A DNA stretch of 64,000 nt, from positions 184,898 to 248,897 of the forward strand of contig NW_003314372.1 in assembly GCF_000143415.4 (NCBI RefSeq), read 5' to 3'. The position numbers were made by a program, and so were the translations under genes. Below the pieces are notes generated by a model. It searched no databases, was not told the DNA's origin, and worked only from the letters and a program-made list of their open reading frames with translations. Every line of letters starts with the position of its first letter. The first letter of the stretch is position 1. Positions 35,395 through 45,460 of this stretch are shown one piece after another. Source of the DNA: Selaginella moellendorffii (taxonomy: Eukaryota > Plantae > Lycopodiophyta).

Positions 35395-37941
35395 TCATTC
35401 CTTCTTGGTTCTCTTGCTCGTGCGCTTCACTTTTGGAGAGTTAGTCGTAGTTTTGGATGTCAGCCTGGACAGAGGCTTGCTGGAATCTACTACCGAGCAA
35501 AGTCAATAAAAAACACGATGAGAAATGGTCTCACCTGTGATGTCCGATCCTTCCTTGCCGCGTGTGTTCTTCCGAACAGGTGTACCGCGAGAGGTTTTGG
35601 TAGTCACCACACCGTCCTCCACCGTTTCCTCAGGGGTGTTGCAAGAGCCTTTGTAAGGTGCCATGTAGCAGAACCTGGAAAGCCAGTGAGGAATCGCCCG
35701 AGGTGGAAAAAAAAAAAAAAAAACAACGAACCAATGGTCTGGCAACTGTCCATGCCATTCCGGATCCATCACCCTCCACTTGAGGCATTTGGAGCACTGG
35801 ACCCAGTTTTTGTCGGGGGCAAGCCCCTCCTTCTCCTCCTTCAACAAAAGGATAGACACTTAGTGATAGTCCTCGTAGAAACTAGCAGTGCTTACCGTGG
35901 TTAACTTCTCCACGCGAGTTTCCCAGTACTTGTCAGCTTCCTCCCCGAGCCATTTCTCCATAGCAGCATACATCTCACAGTCCTCGAAGCCCTGCTTGCT
36001 ATTCAACACGCCTACTCTGCCTCTGTCAAACTCCTGCATGGCCGACATTATCGTTTCAACTCTATATGCAAAGTTGTACCATCAGTTTGGTCGTTTCCAC
36101 GACACCAATCACTCCTCGTCCCCATTCAGCACTGTGCACCATATTTCCAACCCTTTTGTAGGACTGTTCGAAGAGATGCACGACGACGGTGAGAGAGCCA
36201 ACAAGTAAAACATACCTCGACAAGTCTGCCGTGCCAGTAGAGGAAAATACCACAGTTTCCGCGCTTCCGCTCTAGCTCCATTACGCCCAGAGTCAGCTGG
36301 ACTGGTTTCCCCATGAGAGTAGCACTGGTCACCCAGGTGCTGTTTAGCGTCTTGGCGAGACATTTTGTTGTCACCTAAAGAACAAAACAGCCAAGTCCAT
36401 CAAAGAACCACTCAAACTGGATCCTCAGACCTTCTTCCCCTGGATCGAAACAATCATGCGTGGCTCCAAAAACATGACTTCCACATAAGCTCGAAGCGAA
36501 TAGTCGAGCGGGACCTGTCATGGACACTGGTTTTGGAAGACGGCGTACGAGAGATGGAATATATCCTACCTCGGGGCTTGTTTGTCCAGGTCGACTCCGC
36601 ACGCGCCTAGACCTTATCATGATGTCATCACTTTCGTTCCAGTCCAAGGAGAAAGACGACCCCCATTTCTCGAGATCGAAAACGTAAATGATAGTCCCCG
36701 TTTCGCCTGCGAGCCTTTGAAACTCAGCACCAATTCCATACTCGTCAAAAGGTCCGTATGTGCATATCACGTCTCGATGCTTTTGTGAGTCTTCCAGCGT
36801 CTGCAAACCGGTGTCGATATCCATTCTGCCCGCCCGTCTGGTATACGTGACAATCGGCACCTCGAGGACCTGCATTGTTGCCAAACTTTTAGTACCTTAG
36901 AGACACGAGAACACGAGCAAGGCGGTACATCTTTGCCTTCGTTATAGCCAGTTGAGAGCAGTGCCATTGACCTCGTCTCCTTGCTTTGCGTGAGGACAAG
37001 GGCACCTCTACCGAGACGCATCACCCCTGTCTGATTTACAAACAAAGAAACCAGTAAACAAGAGATTGAGAAAAGGAAAAGAAATGAGAACCTTGAAGCC
37101 AACTCCAAACCTCCCGATTTGCTCTGGATCGTCTTGTTCGGGTTTCTTGTGGCCAAAAGACACCATCTTCACAATGTCTTTGTGAGTCATCCCAAGGCCA
37201 TCGTCCAGGAAACAAAGCATCGGCACTTCTGATACCTCGGGGCTTTTCAACGTTCCCATCTGAATCGAAATCTCAAGACTGGAAGAGTGGCTATCAGTTC
37301 ATGCACGAGAAAAGTTAAAGATAGCTCACCGCTTGGCTCCCGCATCGCAGGCGTTGTCAATGAGCTCGGCGACTGCACCAAAGAGCCAACTCGAATGCGT
37401 CTGGCTGAGCGTGGTGAGGTACTCCGGGTGCATTTGCGCGATCGGCCTCTTGGCTGGCCCGGGCCTGGCGCGGTAGGCAACGTCCACAAGCTTCATTATC
37501 TTCTTGGTGGCCTCGTTCTCCTCCGCCGGTGGCTTCAAGAGAAGCTGGACGTCTCCGACATTGATGACCGCAACCTGGTCGAGTGCGTGTATAGTGCGTG
37601 TGAGAGAGACAGAGAAAGACATCTCTTACCCGGGAGTGATCGACGAGAAAGGTGAGCAGCTTATCCCACTCCCGGTAGTCACTCTCGCCACGGGCCATGA
37701 TCTGGAACAGCGGAAGAGGCTTCCAATCGAACGCGCGAGCTGCATTGAAAGCAACGATGTCGAGGCGCTTGGGCCTGATCGAGCGAGGGAAAAAGGCGGG
37801 AAGACGAATGAGAAGCGCAAAACCAAAGCTTACGCACAGCTCCAATGGCGCATTCGAGGAGCACACCGCGCATATGTGCTTGGCGTCGACGTTGAAAAGC
37901 CTGCCGTTCCATGCCTTGGGAGTGCGCGGCGGGAGGACCAT
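35395..37941 (-). CDS. MORC: MORC-family GHKL ATPase with S5 fold and CW zinc finger; extra N-terminal SPOC-like domain
   Basis: HPEYLTTLSQTHSSWLFGAVAELIDNACDA, DDGLGM, IGRFGVGFKTGVMRLG, SLRAYVEVMF, GIFLYWHGRLVE, VGVLNSKQGF; CW: WVQCSKCLKWR...LPDHWFC...SCNTPEE; basic tail to TGA 35395. Confidence 0.92.
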
Positions 37942-37983
37942 GGCGCTCGGCGCTCATTCAAACCCGGCCAACCAGCCCTAAAT

Positions 37984-38133
37984 AAACCCTAGCTCGGAGT
38001 TCGAAGGGGATGGCGGGAAATCAGTCTAGACGCCGCGCAGGTACCGCGCAGCGTGTCGCCCTGCTGGCTGCACGTCCCCAGCACCGCCATGAACGCCTGC
38101 GCGTCGCCGCCGCCGATGCCACCGCCAGCGCTT
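37984..38133 (-). pseudogene. Duplicated fragment of the 3' end (E domain) of the neighbouring PPR gene
   Basis: Closely similar to 39188-39370 (DAQAFMAVLGTCSQQGDTLRGTC vs DAQAWMAVLGACSQQGDTLRGTC), with an internal deletion of about 50 bp. Confidence 0.85.
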
Positions 38134-38545
38134 GCTCCAGCAATCCCAAGCTGGGTGGCGAGTTTGAGCAATGCTTCTGCTGAAAAGACGTAAAATCTTT
38201 GTTGCTCTCGTTTTCAGTCTTCAACACCATTCAATAGGCACGCTCGTTTCTTTGTTTCTGCGATAAGAAAACACAAGTTCATATTTAATTTAAGAAAACC
38301 AGGATATAAAACAATGATATTTTTGTAATTGATTTTCTAGTTTTGTGGAGGCCAAAAAAAAAAACACTTTCATCATATTCCACAGCGAGTTTAAAGTCAG
38401 CACTTCATCAACCATGAACTACAGCATCGATATGTCTGATTATGATCACAGAGCGCCTTACCAGAATTGATATAGCCGCCCATCTCTGATCCAATCCTCC
38501 TCCAGGAAAAAGAATTAAAATGTGGAACACCCATCGACTCCTAAG

Positions 38546-39179
38546 TTACGGCTCCCATCTTTCTTGTAGGTCTTGACAGGTTGCTGAGGAATTAGTAGGA
38601 GCTGGGAGTTCGAAAGAACTCCAGGGAGCTTTGAGCTGGTTTATGTTGAACTCTTTACATTGAACGCAACGATTAGCAATTACTGTTGCTTGATCCTTGT
38701 TCCTTGATCCATTGGACGCTTGATCCTTGTTCTCCTTTGTCAGCTTTTGTCCGTGAAGGAGCGAATGGTCTGCCATTTTTTGCATGGACTTTGTTGGAAA
38801 AGCGCAGACTTGATCGAAGGAATCAGATCCAAGCTAAGCCATTTCCAAAGTTGGCATGTTGAAACACTCTCTGTCATCTCTCTTGTCACCACCAAAAACT
38901 CACCTCCAGACCGCTCAAGCCCTGGATCTTTCCTTTCACGACCTTCCCAAACTCCTCTAGCAAGTAAACCAACAACGGATTCAGCTTCACCGCAGCAGCT
39001 TTCCTGTCCATGACTGTCTGGTTGTAGTTTCCACACTCTTATAATTCGGTCCTCAGCCTTGGAACTAAGCTGGAACACCAAAGCGCACACCCAAAACTTT
39101 CATCCAAGTACATGCTCGCATGGGAAGATCTCGGATTGTCCTCCTCCTCTCTCTCCGGTAGTCACTCTGAAGAGTTCAT
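38546..39179 (-). pseudogene. Possible decayed paralogue of the SPOC/CW gene
   Basis: Stop-interrupted frames with SPOC-like DRKAAAVKLNPLLVYLL and CW-like CQLWKW, PCKKW, RCVQCK...ATCQDLQE. Shares a 14-nt block (agagtgactaccgg) with the MORC 5' region. Confidence 0.3.
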
Positions 39180-39192
39180 GGCGTGCCAACCC

Positions 39193-42100
39193 TTAGCTCG
39201 GAGCAGCAAGCTTGGAATTGGAGAGCGCAACGTAGGCGGCAGCCGCGGCCTGGGGGTGGCGGGCAATCAAGCTCGATGCCACGCAGGTACCGCGCAGCGT
39301 GTCGCCCTGCTGGCTGCACGCGCCCAGCACTGCCATCCACGCCTGCGCGTCGCCGCCGCCGCCGCCGGCACCACTGCGCTGCACCAGGCGGTGCGCTTGC
39401 TCCACCCATCCCGCTCTGCCCAGCATGTCGACCACGCACCCCGTGTGCTCCTCGCGCGGCCACACGCCGTAGTCCGCCGCCATGGACGCGAAGCACGAGC
39501 AGCCGGCTTGGAGCATCCCGGCGTGGCTGCACGCCCCGAGGATGCTGATCAAGGTGACGTGATTCGGGCGGACGCCCTCGCGCTGCATCGCGTGGAACAG
39601 CCGGAACGCCTCCTCGGCGTGCCCGACCCCGGCGTAAGCTGCCACCATTGCGCTCCATGACATGATCGTCCGCCGCTGCGAGTCCATGGCTTCAAACACC
39701 TCGCGCGCCGCCGCCACCCTGCCGCTCTTGGCGTACATATTGACGGCCGCGTTGTCCAGCGCCGCCGAGCGCAGCTGGAGCTGGAGGCTCCAGCCGTGCA
39801 CCTGACTCCCGCGCCGCGCGTCACCCGCGCCGGCGCACGCGTCCAGCACGCTGATGAGGGTGATGGCGTCGGGCTTGACGCCGTGCTGCTGCATGCCGCC
39901 AAACACCGCCAGCGCCAGGCGCCCGCGGCCGTGCTGCGCGTACGCCCCGATCATGGCGTTCCACGACACGACGTTGCGCTGCTCCATGCCGGCAAACACC
40001 GCCGCCGCCTCGTCGATGCTGCCGCAGCGGGCGTACATGCTGCACAGCGCGCAGCCGACCACGGCATTGGTGCGCAGGGAGAGCGCCGGCGTGTCGCGCG
40101 ACTGGAGGACAATCCTGCCGTGGATGCTCCGGCCGTGCTCCACCATCTCCGCCTTGTCGCAGGCGTTGAGGAAGTTGACGTAGGTGACCCTGTCGGGGTG
40201 GAAGCCGTGCTGCTCCATTTGCCGGAGGAGCAGCAGCGCCTCGTCTCCCCTGCCGGCGTTGGCGTAGCCAGCCATCATCACGTTCCAGGAGATAACGTCC
40301 CGCGCCGCCACCATGGAGGCGAAGATAGCGGCGGCGCGATCGACGTCGCCACGCTTGGCATGCATGTTGATGCACGCGTTCCTCACTGCCACCTCCTCCT
40401 CCACGCCACTCCCGGACAGGCCGGACTCGAGCCACTCCCCGACACCGCGCGACGCCGCCAGGGACGCATCCGACAGCAGGCACACCGCCGACGTCGAGTC
40501 CGGCTTGACGCCATGCAGCTGCATCACCTTGTAGAGATGCAGCGCCCGCCACGGCTGCGCGTTGAGAACGCACACTCCCATCATCGCGTTCCACGGCACG
40601 ACGTCGCCACCGCCGCTGCGCACCGCCGCCATCTTGGCAAACATCCCCGCCGCGCCATCCACGTCCCCGCATTTACCCAGCAGGCTGATGAGTCCCGTCC
40701 CAATCGCGGCATCCCAATCCAGCCCTGTGTCCAGGATCTGCGCCACCATCTCCTTCGCCGCCACGGTCAGGACCGAGGACACTCGCGCTGGCTGCTGTGG
40801 CTGCTCGGACGCCATGCCGGGGGAGCCGAGCAGCGTAAGCTTGTTGTAGAGGCCACACAGGGATATAAAGGTGACTCGGTCCGGCGGCACGCCTTCTAGA
40901 TGCATTTGCCGCAGAAGCTGCAAGCCCGCCATCACCTCCTCCGCTTCAAATCCTCCTCCTCCTCCTTGGCCTTGGCTGCAGCGACGGGCATACGCAGTGA
41001 TGAGACCGTTCCAAGTGACCGCATTGCGGATGCTACACCTGTGGAACATGCTCCAGGCGTCCTCCACGCTGCCGAGCTTGCCATACATGTAGACGAGCGC
41101 GTTGCACAGCATGGCGTCGCAAGCGGCGGCCAGCGGCGGCGTGGTGCACCACTCGTCAGCCTGCCGCAGCTGCGCCAGGCTGCTGCACGCGTTCACCACC
41201 GGCAGGAGCGTCACCGCGTTGGGCTGCACGCCGCCCTGCAGCATGGCGCGGAAGAGGTGCAGCAGCTGCGCGCCGTGGCCGTGCTGCGAGTAGCCGGACA
41301 GCATTGCGTTCCACGACACCTCGTTCCTCTCCGCCATGGAGTCGAAGACGAGGCGCGCGTCCTCGATGCTGCCGCACTTGGCGTACATGGTGACGAGCGA
41401 CGTGCCGATCTGGACGCTGGGCTCCGTCCCAGCGGCGGCGCGGCGGCGGATCAAGTCGTGGACCGATCGCCCCTGATCCAGCAGTCCCGACTCGCCGCAC
41501 GCTACCAGCGCCGCGCACAAGGTGGCGACGCCAACCTCTCGCTCCGGGGCGTCCAGTGCCGCCATCATCCTGTGGAAGAGCTCCAGGCCCCGATCGCTTC
41601 GACCATTGCGGGCGCAGGCACAGATGATCGCGTTCCACGCCAAGGCAGTGGGACACTGGACTGCATCGAACACCGCAAACGCCTCGTCCAGGCGCTGGCA
41701 CCTCCCATACATGTTGACGAGGGCGGCCGTGACGGACGGATCATCGCGGATGGCGGCGGCATGGATGCAGCGATCGTGGATGGCTTTGCCTTGATCCAGC
41801 GCCGCAAACTCGGCGCACAGGTTGACGACGGTGACAATGGTGACGGCGTTGGGAGCCACGCTCCACGTCTCGCCCCCGCCGCCGTCGTGCTCCGCCATGC
41901 TCCAGAAGAGATCCAGCGCCTCCTCCAGATGCCCGGACTGGGCATACCCCGCGATGAGCGCCGTCCACGTCACGACGTTCCTGGCGCGCGGCGCCATGGC
42001 GTCGAAGGTGGCGCGCGCCTCGCCCAGGCTGCCGCAGCGGCAGTAGGCGGTGATGAGGGCGGTGCAAACGATCACGTCGTCGAGGAATCCCCGCGCCGCG

Positions 42101-42660
42101 ACGCTGGCGTGGATGATCCGCGCCTCCCTCGCGCTGCCACAGGCATTGGCAACGCTGGTGAAGCTCACCCGGTCGGGCACCACGGAGGCCTCGAGCTGCA
42201 TGGCGCGGAACACCGCCAGGGCGCCACGGCCATCACCGGCGGCGGCGTGGGCGGCGATGATGGTGTTCCACGACACGAGATTGGGGTGCTCCATGGACGC
42301 GAACACCGCCCTGGCCTCCTCCACGCGACCGCATTTGCCATACATGTTGATGAGATGGTTGAGCACGAGAGTGGAGGAGGATCCGGAGGAGCTGTGGCTG
42401 GAGAGGATGTGGGCGTGAATCCTCTGGCCCTGGGACAGCGCCTTGAGCCGCGCACACGCTTGGAGCAGCCGGGCATACGTGCTCGCCTCCGCCGCAACGC
42501 CGCTCCTCTCCACGCACGCGACCATCCGTTCCACGCTCTCCCTGCTCAATGCCGATGGCCGGTGCTTGCGCACCACCACCGCAGGCAGCGCCGCTGGGAT
42601 CGCCGCCGCGTGCATCCATCGCCGCTGCTGGCGATCGCGCGGGAGGCGATTGACAAGCAT
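39193..42660 (-). CDS. PLS-class pentatricopeptide repeat protein with E domain (no DYW), intronless, 1155 aa
   Basis: Repeated NMYGKCG..EEA..VF..M...N.VSWN.MI..YA..G; E motif HTGCVVDMLGRAG...WMAVLGAC...YVALSN then stop. Confidence 0.95.
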   Translation of the reverse strand: MLVNRLPRDRQQRRWMHAAAIPAALPAVVVRKHRPSALSRESVERMVACVERSGVAAEASTYARLLQACARLKALSQGQRIHAHILSSHSSSGSSSTLVLNHLINMYGKCGRVEEARAVFASMEHPNLVSWNTIIAAHAAAGDGRGALAVFRAMQLEASVVPDRVSFTSVANACGSAREARIIHASVAARGFLDDVIVCTALITAYCRCGSLGEARATFDAMAPRARNVVTWTALIAGYAQSGHLEEALDLFWSMAEHDGGGGETWSVAPNAVTIVTVVNLCAEFAALDQGKAIHDRCIHAAAIRDDPSVTAALVNMYGRCQRLDEAFAVFDAVQCPTALAWNAIICACARNGRSDRGLELFHRMMAALDAPEREVGVATLCAALVACGESGLLDQGRSVHDLIRRRAAAGTEPSVQIGTSLVTMYAKCGSIEDARLVFDSMAERNEVSWNAMLSGYSQHGHGAQLLHLFRAMLQGGVQPNAVTLLPVVNACSSLAQLRQADEWCTTPPLAAACDAMLCNALVYMYGKLGSVEDAWSMFHRCSIRNAVTWNGLITAYARRCSQGQGGGGGFEAEEVMAGLQLLRQMHLEGVPPDRVTFISLCGLYNKLTLLGSPGMASEQPQQPARVSSVLTVAAKEMVAQILDTGLDWDAAIGTGLISLLGKCGDVDGAAGMFAKMAAVRSGGGDVVPWNAMMGVCVLNAQPWRALHLYKVMQLHGVKPDSTSAVCLLSDASLAASRGVGEWLESGLSGSGVEEEVAVRNACINMHAKRGDVDRAAAIFASMVAARDVISWNVMMAGYANAGRGDEALLLLRQMEQHGFHPDRVTYVNFLNACDKAEMVEHGRSIHGRIVLQSRDTPALSLRTNAVVGCALCSMYARCGSIDEAAAVFAGMEQRNVVSWNAMIGAYAQHGRGRLALAVFGGMQQHGVKPDAITLISVLDACAGAGDARRGSQVHGWSLQLQLRSAALDNAAVNMYAKSGRVAAAREVFEAMDSQRRTIMSWSAMVAAYAGVGHAEEAFRLFHAMQREGVRPNHVTLISILGACSHAGMLQAGCSCFASMAADYGVWPREEHTGCVVDMLGRAGWVEQAHRLVQRSGAGGGGGDAQAWMAVLGACSQQGDTLRGTCVASSLIARHPQAAAAAYVALSNSKLAAPS

Positions 42661-42701
42661 TCATGGTTTTCTTAGGTCTAGGGTTTATTGGCTTTTGGGC
42701 G

Positions 42702-43409
42702 ATGATCGAGCTGGAGCTGGAGCGCCTCGCCCTGTCCAGCGCCGCCGCGCCGCGCAAAAAGCAGGAGCAGCAGCACAGCAAGAGGAAGAAGAAGAAGGGC
42801 AAGAAGAAGAAGAAGCAATCGGGCGGGCGGCAGCAACCTCAACGGGGTGATTCTCGCAATCCTTTGTCTCGCGCCTTCCGCGCCTCGGCCGACGACGGCA
42901 TCGCGGGGTTTGTGAGGAAGGCATGCGAGGCTCTGGCGGAGAGGAAGCGGCGGATCTTCATGTGGGAGGCGACGCTGCTCCTGGGGACGCATTTCATGAA
43001 GCAGGCTTTGCAGCAAGCGACTGGCATCGCGGAAACTGCTGATGCGAGGGAGGTGTTCTGGTCCATCGTCCAAGCCAAGGCTGGGATAGAGCAGTACAGA
43101 GAGATTGTGGCTAGAGCCGCGGGGAAGAGGCAACCGAGACCCGCTCTTCCGCCGCCTCCCGACACCGCCAGTGGCAGCAGCTCTCCCACCGCTGCCGCCG
43201 CCGCCACCCTCGCTCCTCCTCCCACTTTGGATCTCAATACCAGCAACAAGCGGTCGCTGGAGGTGGTGATCAGGGATCTGGACGAACACGACGAGGAGAC
43301 ACAGAGGTTGGAGGAGGAACAGGAGAGGAAGCGGCTCAAGATGCAAGAGACCATCCAGGAGCTCAGTGTGCGCTTTGAGGAGGCCGTGAATTTTGCTACT
43401 CCACTCTAG
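42702..43409 (+). CDS. Divergent PHAX-like (phosphorylated adaptor for RNA export, RNA-binding domain) protein, intronless
   Basis: Lys-rich NLS-like tract, then FVRKACEALAERK...LG...I...VFWSIVQAK...YREIV, resembling the plant PHAX RNA-binding domain. ATG 42702 follows a telo-box; an in-frame ATG at 42663 is also possible. Confidence 0.6.
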   Translation: MIELELERLALSSAAAPRKKQEQQHSKRKKKKGKKKKKQSGGRQQPQRGDSRNPLSRAFRASADDGIAGFVRKACEALAERKRRIFMWEATLLLGTHFMKQALQQATGIAETADAREVFWSIVQAKAGIEQYREIVARAAGKRQPRPALPPPPDTASGSSSPTAAAAATLAPPPTLDLNTSNKRSLEVVIRDLDEHDEETQRLEEEQERKRLKMQETIQELSVRFEEAVNFATPL

Positions 43410-43554
43410 CTAGATTATAGTATAGCTCTCGTCACGTCGAGATAAACGCATGCAACAGAGCAACACTCTCGCTCGTGTTCCCTGTTCTTGCAAGAAACGC
43501 GCGTCCCTTATTCTCTTGTTATACGCTGCTTAGCTTACCAGCCGGTATGGCTGC

Positions 43555-43928
43555 TTAGCTTCCCACCTTGTAGCCTGCCAAGAAAGAAACGGGTATGACC
43601 GAAGTGAGTAAACGAAAAACGTACCAGCGCAGCGGAAGTTCTTGGGGATGTTGTTCTTGAAGCCGCAGCGCTTGGGCACGGTGAGAGCGTTGGGCATGTT
43701 GCGGATGACTCCGGCGTTTTTGGCTGCCACCAGGGTGCTGCACAGGCAGTTTACATCGTTCTTGAAGTGGGAGACGGCAGTGCAGCACGAGCTGCCCGGG
43801 TAGCCAGCGCTGCTGCTCACCGCATTCAGGCAGCCAGCCAGCTGAATGTAATTGTTGCTGCAAGCAGCCTCGGCATAGCACACGAGCACCAGCACCAGCA
43901 TTGCCACCGCCACCACTGCTTTGGCCAT
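43555..43928 (-). CDS. Non-specific lipid transfer protein (8-Cys), 2 exons
   Basis: Signal peptide plus C-C-CC-CXC-C-C pattern; intron just before the C-terminal GYKVGS*. Confidence 0.92.
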
Positions 43929-44213
43929 GACAAGGATCGAGCAAGCTGCGTTACAAACCAAAAGCTCCAAGAAGAAAAACTTTAGAACGAAACTGACTAG
44001 AGCTATCTCCGTTTAAATAGAACTCACGGATCCATTGATCGAGTGTGGAAACAAACCGAAGAGCACAGCCGGCGCCTGTTGATTGCACATCCTTCCTGGC
44101 GGTGGCGATGGTTTCTGTGCTTCATAAATGGACCTCGGGACGATTTAACAGCTTCCTCACCAAACAACGTACGTCACTCTGGATGCGTGGAAACTGGTGC
44201 TGTTTGAGCACCA

Positions 44214-45319
44214 TCACTTGTGAACAATCCGGAACGACTCTATCGCCTGCAGCAGTAACAAGCACGAGTCAAGCGGCAAAGAAAAAATGAAGAAACTTGT
44301 ACCTCTTGCAATGCTTTCCTGTCCCTGTCTCCATCAGCCTCCCAGTACTGCAAACTCACGTAAAGTTTGTTTGAGAGCTCGGCATTTCCGAAAGCAGTAC
44401 AAGTACCTGGCCGGTTGCCGTGTAGAGCTGCTTGTAAAACTGCGTCTCGCCAACACCGGCCACCGAGAAGAAATGGCGCTGGGCTTCCCCGGGCGTCTGG
44501 ACGGTGTAGTCGAGATAATACATGCCGTTTCTCGACACAGCATTCACCAGCCGAGCCGCTGTTCCAGGCGGCCGCTTGTAGCTTCTATCCATGCTGCCAA
44601 CCTGCGTGAATCCTCAAGAAACACTCTCTCTGCCTGTGCGCACGTCAACTCACCACGCTCGCGGCGAACGCGTCCACGGATCCCAGTGAGCCGATCCCGG
44701 TGAAGTCGGCACCCAGGTTCGTGATGATCACGTTCACTGCTTGAGCGACGATAGCGAGTGAGATCCAGAGATGAAACTCTCGTCGTTATACCGTTTGGGA
44801 AAGTAGCCTTGGATGGATGGAATGCCACCACTCTTCTGGATCCGGCTTTCCCCTCGCCTTTTATCCAGTCTGCATTCACGCTGAGACGATTAGAGAAGAA
44901 CTTGCAAAACAAGGTAGCACCTTTGGGTACAGTGAGGGAGAACTTGTCTTGTTCCTCGTATACTTGATATTCATCTGAGGCTCCTGTCTTGCATCAAAGT
45001 TTAACGAACGATTGACAAGTACAATACCAGCAGCAAACACAGGCGTCGCCGGCATCGCCAACAGAGGCACCAACAATAAGAGATTTCTCTTGCTCAGCCT
45101 GGAAAGCACGAAAAAAACAGTAGTCGCAAAGAGAGCACCAATACCCCTTACAGTGGACAGGCAGCAGCAGCAGCAGCATTGAATGGCGGTCGACTTGAAG
45201 TGGCTACACGGCAGCCGCAGTGAAGAAACGAGACATATCGTTACTGCCAGAATGAAATAATCACCTGGAACTGCTGGACGAACATAAGTACCAACGCAGT
45301 TCGTATGCACACTTGCCAT
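44214..45319 (-). CDS. PPD3: PsbP-domain thylakoid lumen protein, PPD3-like
   Basis: Twin-Arg-like KRNLL; NVIITNLGADFTGIGSLGSVDAFA, DRSYKRPPGTAARLV, MYYLDYTVQTPGE, LYTATGQ, ESFRI. Confidence 0.85.
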
Positions 45320-45460
45320 GGCGCCACACTTCCCTGGCTGCCCCTATCTATTCTACTCTTGCAACCTGTGGCGAGAAACCAAACCTGAAGAACTTAGTGG
45401 CAAACACGATCTTTTCGCTTGTATAATAAATAAGAATAGTGAGCTCCATCCATCGATAGA

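Noticed and set aside
39796-42675. Long plus-strand ORFs (367 and 591 aa) opposite the PPR gene
   Set aside because: Shadow ORFs caused by high GC and codon bias; no recognisable domains.
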